Below, one piece after another: positions 42,423-52,206 of a stretch of 64,000 bases of DNA (its first letter is position 1; each line of letters begins with the position of its first letter). The notes below the pieces were generated by a model, which saw nothing but the letters and a program-made list of their open reading frames with translations, was not told the origin of the DNA and made no database searches. A program made the translations under genes and the position numbers. Source of the stretch: an uncultured delta proteobacterium (GTDB lineage: Bacteria > Desulfobacterota > Binatia > UBA9968); the NCBI GenBank assembly GCA_963760795.1, contig CAVXEP010000019.1, positions 1-64,000 of the forward strand. The letters are read 5' to 3'.

Positions 42423-44213
42423 CTACTTTTGTGTTTCCGCTTGTTGGTGTTTTGCCAGCCACGAGTTCATTTTAGTCTCCAACCGGTCCAACGGCATTGC
42501 GCCGTCTCTGAGCAATTCGTCATGGAAGTCGCGGATGTCGAATTTGTCGCCAAGAGTTTGCTGCGCCTTGGCGCGGAGCTCGGAGATCTTGAGCTGGCCG
42601 ATCTTGTAAGCGAGGGCTTGGCCCGGCCAGACGATATAGCGATCGATTTCAGCGGCCACTTCCAGTTCTTGCTTCACGGTGTTTTCCACCATGAAATCGA
42701 TGGCTTTCTGCCGGTCCCAACGCAGATGGTGCATGCCCGTGTCGACCACTAACCGGCTGGCACGCCAGATTTCGTACATGAGCTGGCCAAACTTCGAGTA
42801 GGGATCGTCGTACAAGCCCATCTCATCGCCAAGCGATTCGGCGTAGAGTCCCCATCCTTCGATGAACGCGGTGTAGCCGCCGTAACGGCGAAAGTTGGGG
42901 ATGCCTTGCTGCTCCATGGCTAGAGCGATCTGCAGGTGATGTCCGGGCACGCCCTCGTGCAGCGATAGCGCCATCATTTCGTACTTCGGTCTGATCTCCG
43001 GTTTGAAAGTATTGATGCTGAATATGCCGGCACGGGAGCCGTCGGCGGCCGGACCGCGGTAGAGCCCGACCGGGCTATCGGGTGCGATGTTTGCCGGCAC
43101 CGGCTCGATGCCGTATGGCATGCGCGGCAGGACGCGAAAAACTTTTACCAGTAACGGATCGATGCGCCGGCTCAAGGCGCGGTATGCTTCGAGTAACTCG
43201 TTTTCACTTGTGAAATAAAATTTTGCATCGTTGCGCAGAAACTTGGCAAACTCGGCGAACGAACCCTTGAACCCTAATTTGTCGATGATCGCCTGCATCT
43301 CCCGGCGGATGCGTTTGACCTCTTCTAAACCGATTTCGTGAATCCTCTGGGGCGCGAGATCGGTGCTGGTGTTGGTGCGCGCGGCGTGGGCGTACATCGC
43401 CGCGCCGCTGGGGAACTGCCAGATGCCGACTCGATCCGGCGCTGCTGGCAGATAGTCGTTGACGATGAAGAATTTGAGCTTGCGATAAGCTGGAACCACG
43501 GCAGTGGCGATGGCATCCTCGGCAGCCTGGGTGAGCCTCGCTCGGTCCGCTGGGGTTATCGACGACGAGAATTTCGTGAAGGGTGTGTAGAGCGGGCTCG
43601 CTTTCGGATCCCTAACGATATGATGATCGATCTGCGCTGGCACTCGCTGCAAGACGATCTGCGGATGAATGATACCTTCCTTGAGCCCCAGACGTAAAAG
43701 GGCGATGGTCTGGTCGACAAGTGTGGGCAGCGCTCTTAGTCTGGCGATCCAGTCGTCATAGTCCTTCAGGGTTTGGAAACGCAGAACGTTGACGAGCTGA
43801 TTGACCGTGTGCACGCCGCCCAACTGATTGAGCGGCAGCAGATACCAGCGATATTGAAACTCTTGGACGTCGTCTTCGTAATCCTTTTTGAACAGGTCGT
43901 AGTTCAGTTGATCTACCGGCGTGAGTGCGTCGCGATCGATCTTCGTCAGTTTGGCCAGCGTCGTGATATCGTGATCATGCCGTTTGAATATCGCGTCTAG
44001 GCCGATATCGCTCCAGCGGTCGTTCCAACGCCGGTCGCCCAAGCCGGATGCCCAGGTCGGATGTTGCTCCATCCGGTAGTCCCAGTCCTCGGCGAAGAGC
44101 GCGTGCAGGGCCTTGGCCGGGTCGTTCGCGGGCGGCACTTGCGCCAAAGCGCTCGACTGAAGCAACAACAGCAACAGCACTGCGCGTAAGGTATATCCGA
44201 TTCCCCGCAACAT
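42423..44213 (-). CDS. exported DUF885 family protein (putative zinc peptidase)
   Basis: HEGVPGHHLQ, EGWGLYAE, RLVVDTGMH, PGQALAYKIG. Confidence 0.9.
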   Translation of the reverse strand: MLRGIGYTLRAVLLLLLLQSSALAQVPPANDPAKALHALFAEDWDYRMEQHPTWASGLGDRRWNDRWSDIGLDAIFKRHDHDITTLAKLTKIDRDALTPVDQLNYDLFKKDYEDDVQEFQYRWYLLPLNQLGGVHTVNQLVNVLRFQTLKDYDDWIARLRALPTLVDQTIALLRLGLKEGIIHPQIVLQRVPAQIDHHIVRDPKASPLYTPFTKFSSSITPADRARLTQAAEDAIATAVVPAYRKLKFFIVNDYLPAAPDRVGIWQFPSGAAMYAHAARTNTSTDLAPQRIHEIGLEEVKRIRREMQAIIDKLGFKGSFAEFAKFLRNDAKFYFTSENELLEAYRALSRRIDPLLVKVFRVLPRMPYGIEPVPANIAPDSPVGLYRGPAADGSRAGIFSINTFKPEIRPKYEMMALSLHEGVPGHHLQIALAMEQQGIPNFRRYGGYTAFIEGWGLYAESLGDEMGLYDDPYSKFGQLMYEIWRASRLVVDTGMHHLRWDRQKAIDFMVENTVKQELEVAAEIDRYIVWPGQALAYKIGQLKISELRAKAQQTLGDKFDIRDFHDELLRDGAMPLDRLETKMNSWLAKHQQAETQK

Positions 44214-44248
44214 TAGGTGCGACTCACTCGACTGGGTTTTTTCAGAAG

Positions 44249-45379
44249 CTAACCAATTCTTAGTAGCCTCCGCGCGTTGCCATGCAGCATCGCTTCGCGT
44301 TCGGCGCTGGTGCATTCCATCTTCTGTATTTTCTCCGCGGCCCACCAGTCGCCGAGATCGAAGGGATAGTCGGTGCCGACCATGATGTGATCGGCGCCGA
44401 CCATGCGCTTTAAGTATTCAACGGTCTCGACGCGATAGACGAGGTTGTCGAAGTAGAGATTTTTCAGATATTTGCTCGGTGGCAACTTCGCTGGGATCGC
44501 GGATGAGCCGGAACCGCCGGTCTTGCCCTGGTCCAAACGGCCCAGGTGATACGGGATATAGCCGCCGCCGTGGAGTAAGCCGAGTTTCAGATTGGGAAAG
44601 CGGTCGAAGACGCCGCTGTACATCATGTAGGCGACCGACAACGTCGTGTCCGCCGGATTGCCGCAGATGTTACGCAGGCTGTAAGGGTCCATTTTGTCGG
44701 CGCCGGCGACCCATTCCGGATGCATGATCATGAGCACGTCGAGCTCTTCGGCTTTTTTCCAGAAAGGATCGAAGCTCTTGTCGTCGAAATACTTGCCGAC
44801 GACGTTGGAGGCGATGGTGACGCCGGACATCTTGAGATTGACGATGGCGTGCTCCAACACTTTGGCCGCGCGCGGCGGATCCTGCAACGGCACGGTGGCG
44901 ATGCCGGCAAAGCGGTCGGGGTGCTTCTTGACCAAATTCATGATCGCTTCGTTGTAGATATTCGACCAGCTCTCGCCGGGCGCGCCGTCGAGCTCGTAGC
45001 CGACCGACGCGGTGTGCACCTCGACCATGGCGATGCCGACATTGCCTTGGGTCATGGCGTTGAGACGATTGGGCACTTCAGCCATCCGTGGATCGGGGGC
45101 AAACGCCCGGCCTTTGGGGAATTGAATGCGATAGGGATTATCTTTGGCTTGCTTGGGCGGAAAATGCTCGATGCCGCCTAAAGCTTTGCCATGTTTCTTG
45201 ATCTCGTCGATGAGTTCCGGCGCGAAGTAATGGTGGTGGATGTCGATGGCGTGGCTCGCGCTAGGACTGGTCGTTGCTGTCGTGGCGCAACCCGCGAGCA
45301 GGCCCGATGATACGACTGCGCTCTTGCCGGCCAGCGTGAGAAAGTCACGTCGAGTCATGTTGTGCCGGTGATCGGACAT
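44249..45379 (-). CDS. amidohydrolase_2 (ACMSD-like) with Tat signal and lipobox
   Basis: TRRDFL, LLAGC, DIHHHY, MHP, HGGG, GTDYPF. Confidence 0.87.
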   Translation of the reverse strand: MSDHRHNMTRRDFLTLAGKSAVVSSGLLAGCATTATTSPSASHAIDIHHHYFAPELIDEIKKHGKALGGIEHFPPKQAKDNPYRIQFPKGRAFAPDPRMAEVPNRLNAMTQGNVGIAMVEVHTASVGYELDGAPGESWSNIYNEAIMNLVKKHPDRFAGIATVPLQDPPRAAKVLEHAIVNLKMSGVTIASNVVGKYFDDKSFDPFWKKAEELDVLMIMHPEWVAGADKMDPYSLRNICGNPADTTLSVAYMMYSGVFDRFPNLKLGLLHGGGYIPYHLGRLDQGKTGGSGSSAIPAKLPPSKYLKNLYFDNLVYRVETVEYLKRMVGADHIMVGTDYPFDLGDWWAAEKIQKMECTSAEREAMLHGNARRLLRIG

Positions 45380-45384
45380 TTTGG

Positions 45385-46195
45385 CTACTCCTGCTTAATG
45401 AAATCGCGAATCGCTTTGTGCGCCGCTGCCGGGTTGGTTGCTAGGTAATGATGTCCTTCACCAGGAAGCACGACTAGCTTGGCGTTGGGGATCGCCTTCG
45501 CCAACTGGTGCGCCGCCGCCCAATGCGTTTTATCGGTAGCGCCGTGATTCTCGTCGTCGCCGACAAAGACCAGTGTCGGTGTTGTGATTTCCTTCAAGCG
45601 GTCGGTGTGGTCATGGGTCTGGCGCGCCAGGACGAAGTGGAGGTAATTTTCCAGCGGCGCGATGCCGGACATTCTCACTTGGAGAAACTTTTCGATCAGC
45701 TCGGGATTCTTGGCGACGAACTCTTTGGTCCAGCCGGTTTCGATGGTGTGGTCGCGGATGTATTTTTCAAATCCATCGCGCACCATGTCGCGGCACATTG
45801 CCAATGGGATGCCGTGGGCGCCGGGGTGGGCAGAGCCGCTGGAGGCGAGGATCAGTTTCTTGACCTAGATACGGATAGTCGAGGGTAAGCAGCTGCGCGA
45901 CCACGCCGCCCATGGAGTGGCCGCAGACGACGGCTTTCTCAACTTTCAAGTGGTTGAGAATTGCCGCGGCATCATCGGTGAACATTTTGATTGTGTAGTT
46001 TTGGATATTCTTGCTCGACTTGCCGGTGCCGCGGTAGTCGAACAGGATAACTTTGTGATCGCGGGAAAACTCCCGCACCTGGTGAAACTTCCAGGCTTGA
46101 TGATCGAGACCGGTGACGCTGCAAAAAAGCCACGCCGGGCCGTCGCCGTGGGTTTCGTAATAGATCTCGCTACCGTCGCGATTGAGAAATGGCAT
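45385..46195 (-). CDS. alpha/beta hydrolase, frameshifted near 45870
   Basis: DYRGTGKS, GHSMGG, PTLVFVG, GEGH. Confidence 0.88.
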
Positions 46196-46354
46196 GAGGG
46201 TCTCCCTTGTCGCTGAATTCGCTCGCGACTATAGCGCTATTGCTTTGCGGCGAGCAACTGGAAACGCACAGAGACAGAGCGGGGAACTGACCGCGGTGGT
46301 CTGAGATTATCGAACTAGTGTCGTGGCCGGGGAATCTTGATAGGGGACTGAGAT

Positions 46355-47005
46355 CTATTCGCCGACGCTGACAACGCGGTAGCCGGCGGCGGCCATGGCG
46401 GGAATGAAGCCTTTGGGCAATCTGCCGGCGAAACGGAAAATCGACATGTCGCGGCGGCGCAGGCGGTTTTCATGGAACGACATCAGACTTAGGATTTCCA
46501 CCCCGTTAAGGCGGCAGAAGTCGAGCACCGTCGGTACCGGGCTATCCTCGAAATCCGACTCGATAAAGATGCGTGTGCCACCGCTCTTGGCGGCGGTCAT
46601 GCCGATGAATGCTTCGAAAAGGTCGGATTGGGTGATGATGCCGACGATCTGGTTGTCTTGTAGCACGGGGAGGCAGCCGATTCGGTTGCTGCGCAGCAAT
46701 CGAGCGGCTTCTTCGATTGGGCAATCCGGTAAGACTGTAATAACCTTCTTGGTCATCACGCTGGACACCGGTTTCGGGACGGAGTCTTCAGTGACTTCCA
46801 CGGAGAAGGGATTCAGATCGTTGGGAAAACCGCGGGCGATATCGAATTTGGCGACCACGCCGACCATCCGCCTACCGGTCCGTGTCGGCTCGCAAACCGG
46901 AAAGTGACGAACCTTGCGGCGGCTCATTTCCAGGGCAACCGCGGAAATAGTCTCCTCCGGAGCCACAGTGTCCGGATTGGGCGTCATCCATTTCTCGACG
47001 AACAT
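46355..47005 (-). CDS. CBS-pair protein (AcuB-like)
   Basis: MFVEKWMTPNP, VRHFPV, IGCLPV, VGIITQSD plus C-terminal extension. Confidence 0.85.
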   Translation of the reverse strand: MFVEKWMTPNPDTVAPEETISAVALEMSRRKVRHFPVCEPTRTGRRMVGVVAKFDIARGFPNDLNPFSVEVTEDSVPKPVSSVMTKKVITVLPDCPIEEAARLLRSNRIGCLPVLQDNQIVGIITQSDLFEAFIGMTAAKSGGTRIFIESDFEDSPVPTVLDFCRLNGVEILSLMSFHENRLRRRDMSIFRFAGRLPKGFIPAMAAAGYRVVSVGE

Positions 47006-47153
47006 GGTTAGGTTTCAGTGGTCAGGGAGAAATCAGCTAATATGAATTAATTCGGCAAATTGCCCGGTATCTTTAGCGGCTTATTTGCAGCGCGGCGGCG
47101 GGCTGGTGTAAGAGGGACAGGGACAGAGATAAAGAAGGGACAGGGGAGGCGAG

Positions 47154-48053
47154 ATGGCGATTAGAATAGGAACTTCGGAGCTCGGCGGGACATTTTATAC
47201 CCAAGGGCAGGCGATCGCGGAGCTTTTTAACCGCGGCCGTGGGGCGGGTGATCAGTGCGTCGTCGAGACCAGCGACGCGAGTATTCACAATGCCAATCAG
47301 CTCGACGCTGGCACTCTCGAGTTTGGCTTCATGGCGTCCAACTGGATCGGCCGCGCCAAAGATGCCACGGCGCCGTTTAGGAAAAATATCGCCATCCGCA
47401 TGGTGGCGCCGGCCAATGCCGGGCCCATGTGTTTTGTCCGCCTCGCCAACGCGCCGATAGCTTCTGTCGCCGATTTCGCCGGCAAACGGGTGGCCATCGG
47501 CACCAAAGGCAGCGGCATGGAACAGCATGTTCACACGATCTTCAAAGTGCTGGGAATTTCATTCGACAGTTTCACGCCGGTGCACATGGGTTTCGCCGAG
47601 GGCGCCGCCGCGCTTATTGCCGGCCAGATCGACGTGCAGTTTCATCCGCCGATTCCCAACGCAGTGCTTACCGATTTGAGCCAGCGCGCCGATATACGGG
47701 TGATCCCCTACGCGGCCGCGCAGCGCGACAAGCTGTTTGCCGCGGTGCCGTTCTACCGTCCGGTCACAGTGGAGAAAAACGCCTTTCGCGGCGTGGTCGA
47801 AGATGTCATTCAGGTGGGTGTCGTCAACGTCATCGTCAGCCATGAAAGCGTCGCTGAGAGCGCAGTCTACGCCATGGCGAAAACCATCGCCGATAATTTA
47901 GACAAGCTGCCGCAAATGAATCCGCTATTCAAAGGGCTAAAAGATCTCTTTGAGCCGCTGCGCACCAAAGGCGCCGCCGCCTTCGAGTTCGGCGGCGTGC
48001 CGCTGCATCCTGGCGCGGTCCGAGCTTACAAAGATGCGGGCTGGATAAGATAG
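47154..48053 (+). CDS. TAXI-family TRAP solute receptor (no signal peptide)
   Basis: IGTSELGGTFY, GKRVAIGTKGSG, VPLHPGAVRAY. Confidence 0.88.
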   Translation: MAIRIGTSELGGTFYTQGQAIAELFNRGRGAGDQCVVETSDASIHNANQLDAGTLEFGFMASNWIGRAKDATAPFRKNIAIRMVAPANAGPMCFVRLANAPIASVADFAGKRVAIGTKGSGMEQHVHTIFKVLGISFDSFTPVHMGFAEGAAALIAGQIDVQFHPPIPNAVLTDLSQRADIRVIPYAAAQRDKLFAAVPFYRPVTVEKNAFRGVVEDVIQVGVVNVIVSHESVAESAVYAMAKTIADNLDKLPQMNPLFKGLKDLFEPLRTKGAAAFEFGGVPLHPGAVRAYKDAGWIR

Positions 48054-48273
48054 GAGTATTGGCCGCCAAGAACGCAAAAAAGTCCTGCAAGGTGCGGTGC
48101 ATGAAATGAACCGCATCGTTGGTGCAAGATTCGACATCGCGACGATCCGGAGTGTCGAGTGCGGGAGAGATTTCTCGCTGCGCTCGACATGACAGCTGCC
48201 GTTGCCGTCATCCTGGACGAAGCCAGGAACTTTCCCAAGCGAAACCGCCACGCCACCGGCGGCTTGAATTTCT

Positions 48274-49255
48274 TTACGGAGTCCAGCCGCTCTGGGTGAC
48301 TTCGGTCTGCGCCCGACGCATGTAGGAAAAATCAAAAATTTCTTCTGGTGGAATCTCGCGCGTCACGCCGGTCAAACGTTTGCTGCGGTCGATGACGATG
48401 CGCTGCAGGCGTTCGGGGACCGTGCCATCGCGGGCGATGGTTTTCATATGTTCATCGTAGACGCGCGCGGTCATCTCGCGATCCTTCTGCCGGGTAAATT
48501 CCATAATCGCCGCGATGCCTTCCTGGCGGTTGGCGAGGTAGATGCGCTGGCCCTTAACCGTCGCGCGCATGAAACGGCGAATCATGTCGCCCTGGCGTGC
48601 CAGGCGATCGTCGGTGGCGACGATCGACGCTTGGATGTCCTCTAAATGTTCGGCGGTGCGCAGCAGAGTCGTGTAGCCCGCGTCCTGCGCCATGAAGCTG
48701 GCCGGCGGACTGAGCGGCGTGGCGTCGATGGTGCCCGCGCGCAGCGCGGTAAACCGGGTGCTGGTGGCGCCCACCGGCACAAAAGTCACGTCTTTTTCCA
48801 GCTGCAGTCCGAATTTGGGCAGCAACTCCTTCATCCAGCCATATTCCAAGCTGCCGACGGTCGAGCCACCCATACGTTTACCGCGCAGTTCAGCAACGCT
48901 CTTGATGCTCGGCTGCGCCGCCAGGATGCCCGGCGGTTTGTCGTTGAACACCATTAAGATTTTCAACTTGGCGCCTTGCACCGCGGCAGTCGGATTGCTC
49001 GCCGAGCCGAGCTCGACGCTGTTGCCGATCAGCGCGCGCGTGCTCGTGAGCCCCGCCATGAGAATGATTTCGACGGTCAGGCCTTCTTCGGCGTAGTAAC
49101 CGCGCTTCTGCGCAATAGGCATCGAAATATAGGACGCGGAAAAATTTGAGATCGCGACCCGGACCTTTTCCTGGGCGGCGAGCCGGTTGGCCGAGAATTG
49201 GTATTGCGAATAGCAGAGCCAATGAAAAAATCATTTTTCGCCGTATCATAGTCAT
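48274..49255 (-). CDS. NMT1/SsuA-type ABC substrate-binding protein, frameshifted near 49180
   Basis: RGYYAEEGLTVE, ELRGKRMG; signal peptide in adjacent frame. Confidence 0.85.
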
Positions 49256-49281
49256 ATCCTCGTCATGATGGTTCGCCAGCG

Positions 49282-49921
49282 TTAAAGCTTGGGAATTTTC
49301 AACGTCTTGCTGATCATCGTACAACCGTTGGCGAAAAACAGCAGGGCGAACGGATGCAAGTCGAGGCCGGCGATGGCGATTGTCCCGAAGAGCCAATGCT
49401 CACCGGTGCGTCCAAAGTAAAAGCACAGGGCCAAAATGGCGACCAGCAACAGGCTCGATGGGATCGGCGTGCCTTCGAAGTATTTCACTTTACCGCTGTC
49501 GTCGCTCAATTGACTCGCGGTGACGTTATAGCGCGCCAACCGGCTGATGCCGCAGGCGACGAAGAAAATCAGAATAATAATATCGAGGCCGCCGCGCAGG
49601 CCCAAGCCGATAGCCCAGCGCTGCCGGCGCGACGCCGAAGCTGACGATGTCGGCGAGAGAGTCCAACTCCTGGCCGAAGGGCGAGTGCTCGCCGCGCCGG
49701 CGCGCCACTTTGCCATCGGCGATGTCGAGCAATAGGGCGACGAGCACTAGGGCGAGCGACAGGTAGACGCGCCAGTCTTCCGCGGTGACCAAGTAGCTCA
49801 TCATCGCCAAGACAGCGGCCATGCCGGCGCCGCCGTTGGCCAGGGTGATCAGATCGGCGGCGCGATAATCGCGCAGCATGGAAAAGTGGACGCGCTTTTT
49901 CTCAGGTTTCCGGCGAGCCAT
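49282..49921 (-). CDS. pssA: CDP-diacylglycerol--serine O-phosphatidyltransferase, frameshifted near 49625
   Basis: ADLITLAN, DIADGKVAR, GQELDSLADIVSFGVAPA, SRLARYN, YFEGTPIP. Confidence 0.85.
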
Positions 49922-50066
49922 TGGTGTTCTTGATCCGTGCCGATGCGGCACGCTAGCATAGCCGCCGCAGAAGAGTCCAATGAGCTGGCCATGAATTGCA
50001 TTGACAGGCCGCGGCGGCGCTGCTTAGATGCGCCCAGCGTCATTCGCAGCCAAATGGGGAAAGAAT

Positions 50067-50134
50067 TTTCACCACGAAGATCACGAAGTTCGGAGATTGG
50101 GTCATTGGAACCTTTCGTCATCTTGGTGGTGAAA
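50067..50134. repeat. palindromic CACGAAG 9-mer element
   Basis: tttcaccacgaagatcacgaag ... tttcgtcatcttggtggtgaaa. Confidence 0.8.
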
Positions 50135-50177
50135 CCGTCTTCACAGCAAACTCGGAAGAAGCTTACTTGGAGGGAAT

Positions 50178-50828
50178 ATGACACCGACTCAAGGCCGGCC
50201 CGCCGATCGTTGGCCGATCACGACGAACAATGTCGCGCTCATCCTCGTCGACATGCAAAATATCTGGGTGCACCCGCGCGGTGCGCGCTACCTGCCGTCG
50301 TCCGAAGATATCGTGCCGAAGATTCAACAACTGCTGCGCTTCTGCCACGCCAGCAAAGTGCCGGTGATCTATCTGCACACCACCAAGCGGCGCGACCTCG
50401 CCGATGTCGGTATCTTCGCCGACATCAAGCCGCAAACCCATGACGCCGACGACGAATGGAGCAACTTCGAAGGCACGCCGGGAGCGGAAATTTACGAGCC
50501 GGTGAAGCCGACGGTGGACGATATCTTGGTCAAGAAGTTTCGCTATAGCGGCTTTTACGGCACCCAGTTGGAAAATCTCCTGCGTGCCATGGGGCGCGAC
50601 ACGATTGCCATCACCGGTGTGGCGACCAACGTCTGCTGCGACAGCACGGCGCGGGACGGCGCCATGCGCGATTTCAAAGTGTTGTTTCTGTCGGACTGTA
50701 ACGCTTCCTTCTCGCAAGCCGAGCAGGAGGCGACGCTCAGTAACTTCGACAAGCACTTCGGCGTGGTGATGGATTCGCAGACGCTGCTGGGGAAGTTGAG
50801 CGGGGAAAAGGTTGGAGTAATGGAGTAA
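50178..50828 (+). CDS. isochorismatase-family cysteine hydrolase (RutB-like)
   Basis: LVDMQN, KFRYSGF, GVATNVCCDSTARD. Confidence 0.9.
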   Translation: MTPTQGRPADRWPITTNNVALILVDMQNIWVHPRGARYLPSSEDIVPKIQQLLRFCHASKVPVIYLHTTKRRDLADVGIFADIKPQTHDADDEWSNFEGTPGAEIYEPVKPTVDDILVKKFRYSGFYGTQLENLLRAMGRDTIAITGVATNVCCDSTARDGAMRDFKVLFLSDCNASFSQAEQEATLSNFDKHFGVVMDSQTLLGKLSGEKVGVME

Positions 50829-50878
50829 TGGAGTGTTGGAATGCTGGGTTCCGGACGATCCAGCACTCCATTATTCCA
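50813..50878. repeat. TGGAGTAA 8-mer tandem element with inverted arm
   Basis: tggagtaa tggagtaa tggagtgt tggaatgc tgg ... ccagcactccattattcca; supplies the stop codon of the upstream gene. Confidence 0.8.
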
Positions 50879-50908
50879 GTTTATGCAATTGTGATCCGGA
50901 GGTTGATT

Positions 50909-51967
50909 GTGAAACGGATTCTATCGATCGTTTTCGCTATAACCACTGGCTTGCTCATGGCGCGCTACGGGTATTCAGGGCAAGCCGGTTTCGACGAGAA
51001 ATCGGTGGCGAATTTTTACCGCGGCAAGACCGTTACTATCGTCGTCGGTCATTCGCCGGGAGGCGGATTCGACCGTTACGCCCGGGCGATCGCGCGCCAT
51101 CTCGGCAAATATATCCCCGGCAATCCGGCGATCCTGGTGAACAACATGGTCGGCGCCGGAACCATGGTGTCGGCCAATTACACTTACAATCAAGCGCCGC
51201 GGGACGGCACTGTGGTCAACAGTTTCGACGGCGGCATTTGGCCTTCGCAGCTCTACGGCGCCTCGGCGGCGCAATTCGATCTGACCAAGTTCAACTACAT
51301 CGGCGCGCCGGATATTTTCAAATACATCATGGTGGTAACCAAGAAGTCGGGCATTACCAGGATGGAAGACTTTATGTCGGGAGCCAAAGAGGTGGTGGTC
51401 GGCGCCGTGCCCAATACCAGCATTCAGCACTCGGCGACCTTTCTCAAGGAAGTGCTGGGCGCCAAATTGAAGTTGGTGACGGGCTTCAAAGGCACCGCGG
51501 AGATCCGCCTGGCGATGCAGTCGGGGGAAGTGAACAGCGTGATCACCGGCTGGGAGACTTTGAGCGTGTCCAACTTCAAAGACTTCGAGAGCGGCGAGTG
51601 GTTGATTCTATCCCAGTGGGTCGACGAGCCGCTGACCGATTTGCCGCAGAAAAACGTGCCGTCGATCTATCAATACGCGCGCAACGACGAGGAGCGCCAG
51701 TTGCTCAAGTTGGGATTGGTCAAGCCCAATAGCTACGCCCGTCCCTACGCGATGCCGCCGGGCGTGCCGCTCGACCGCGTGCGCGCCGTGGAAGCGGCAT
51801 TTTTGAAAAGTTTAAAAGATCCGGAGTTTGTCACCGAAGCCGAGAAAACCCGCATGACCGTGAGCCCGATCGCCGGCAGCGATCTGCAAAAGATGTTCGC
51901 CGAAGGATTGTCCATGTCCGCCGCGCTCAAAGCCAAGCTCAAGCCGATCCTCTTGCCCAAGAGTTAA
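50909..51967 (+). CDS. Bug/TctC tripartite tricarboxylate transporter binding protein
   Basis: FYRGKTVTIVVGHSPGGGFD, NMVGAG, GFKGTAEIRLA; paralogue of 24668-25738. Confidence 0.88.
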   Translation: MKRILSIVFAITTGLLMARYGYSGQAGFDEKSVANFYRGKTVTIVVGHSPGGGFDRYARAIARHLGKYIPGNPAILVNNMVGAGTMVSANYTYNQAPRDGTVVNSFDGGIWPSQLYGASAAQFDLTKFNYIGAPDIFKYIMVVTKKSGITRMEDFMSGAKEVVVGAVPNTSIQHSATFLKEVLGAKLKLVTGFKGTAEIRLAMQSGEVNSVITGWETLSVSNFKDFESGEWLILSQWVDEPLTDLPQKNVPSIYQYARNDEERQLLKLGLVKPNSYARPYAMPPGVPLDRVRAVEAAFLKSLKDPEFVTEAEKTRMTVSPIAGSDLQKMFAEGLSMSAALKAKLKPILLPKS

Positions 51968-52000
51968 TGAGGATAGAATAAAGAAACGGAGAAGCGGGAT

Positions 52001-52195
52001 TTGGCCGCACCCTTCGACGGTGCTCAGGGCGATCGGGACGAAAAGTTCGCAAAAAAGATATCGGAATATCTCCCGCCACGGCGCAAAGGCGCCAAGGCTT
52101 GCGTCACGGTGCAGAAATGAAAGAGGGCAACCACTGGGGGTTGCCCCGACAATTCCGATTTCCTTTTTTGCGAACTTTGCGTTCTTTGCGGCCAA
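52001..52195. repeat. nested composite palindromic element between convergent genes
   Basis: TTGGCCGCA...TGCGGCCAA ends enclosing cttcgacggtgctcaggg, GCGCAAAG units and gggcaaccactgggggttgccc hairpin. Confidence 0.8.
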
Positions 52196-52206
52196 TCCCT
52201 CCGGTC

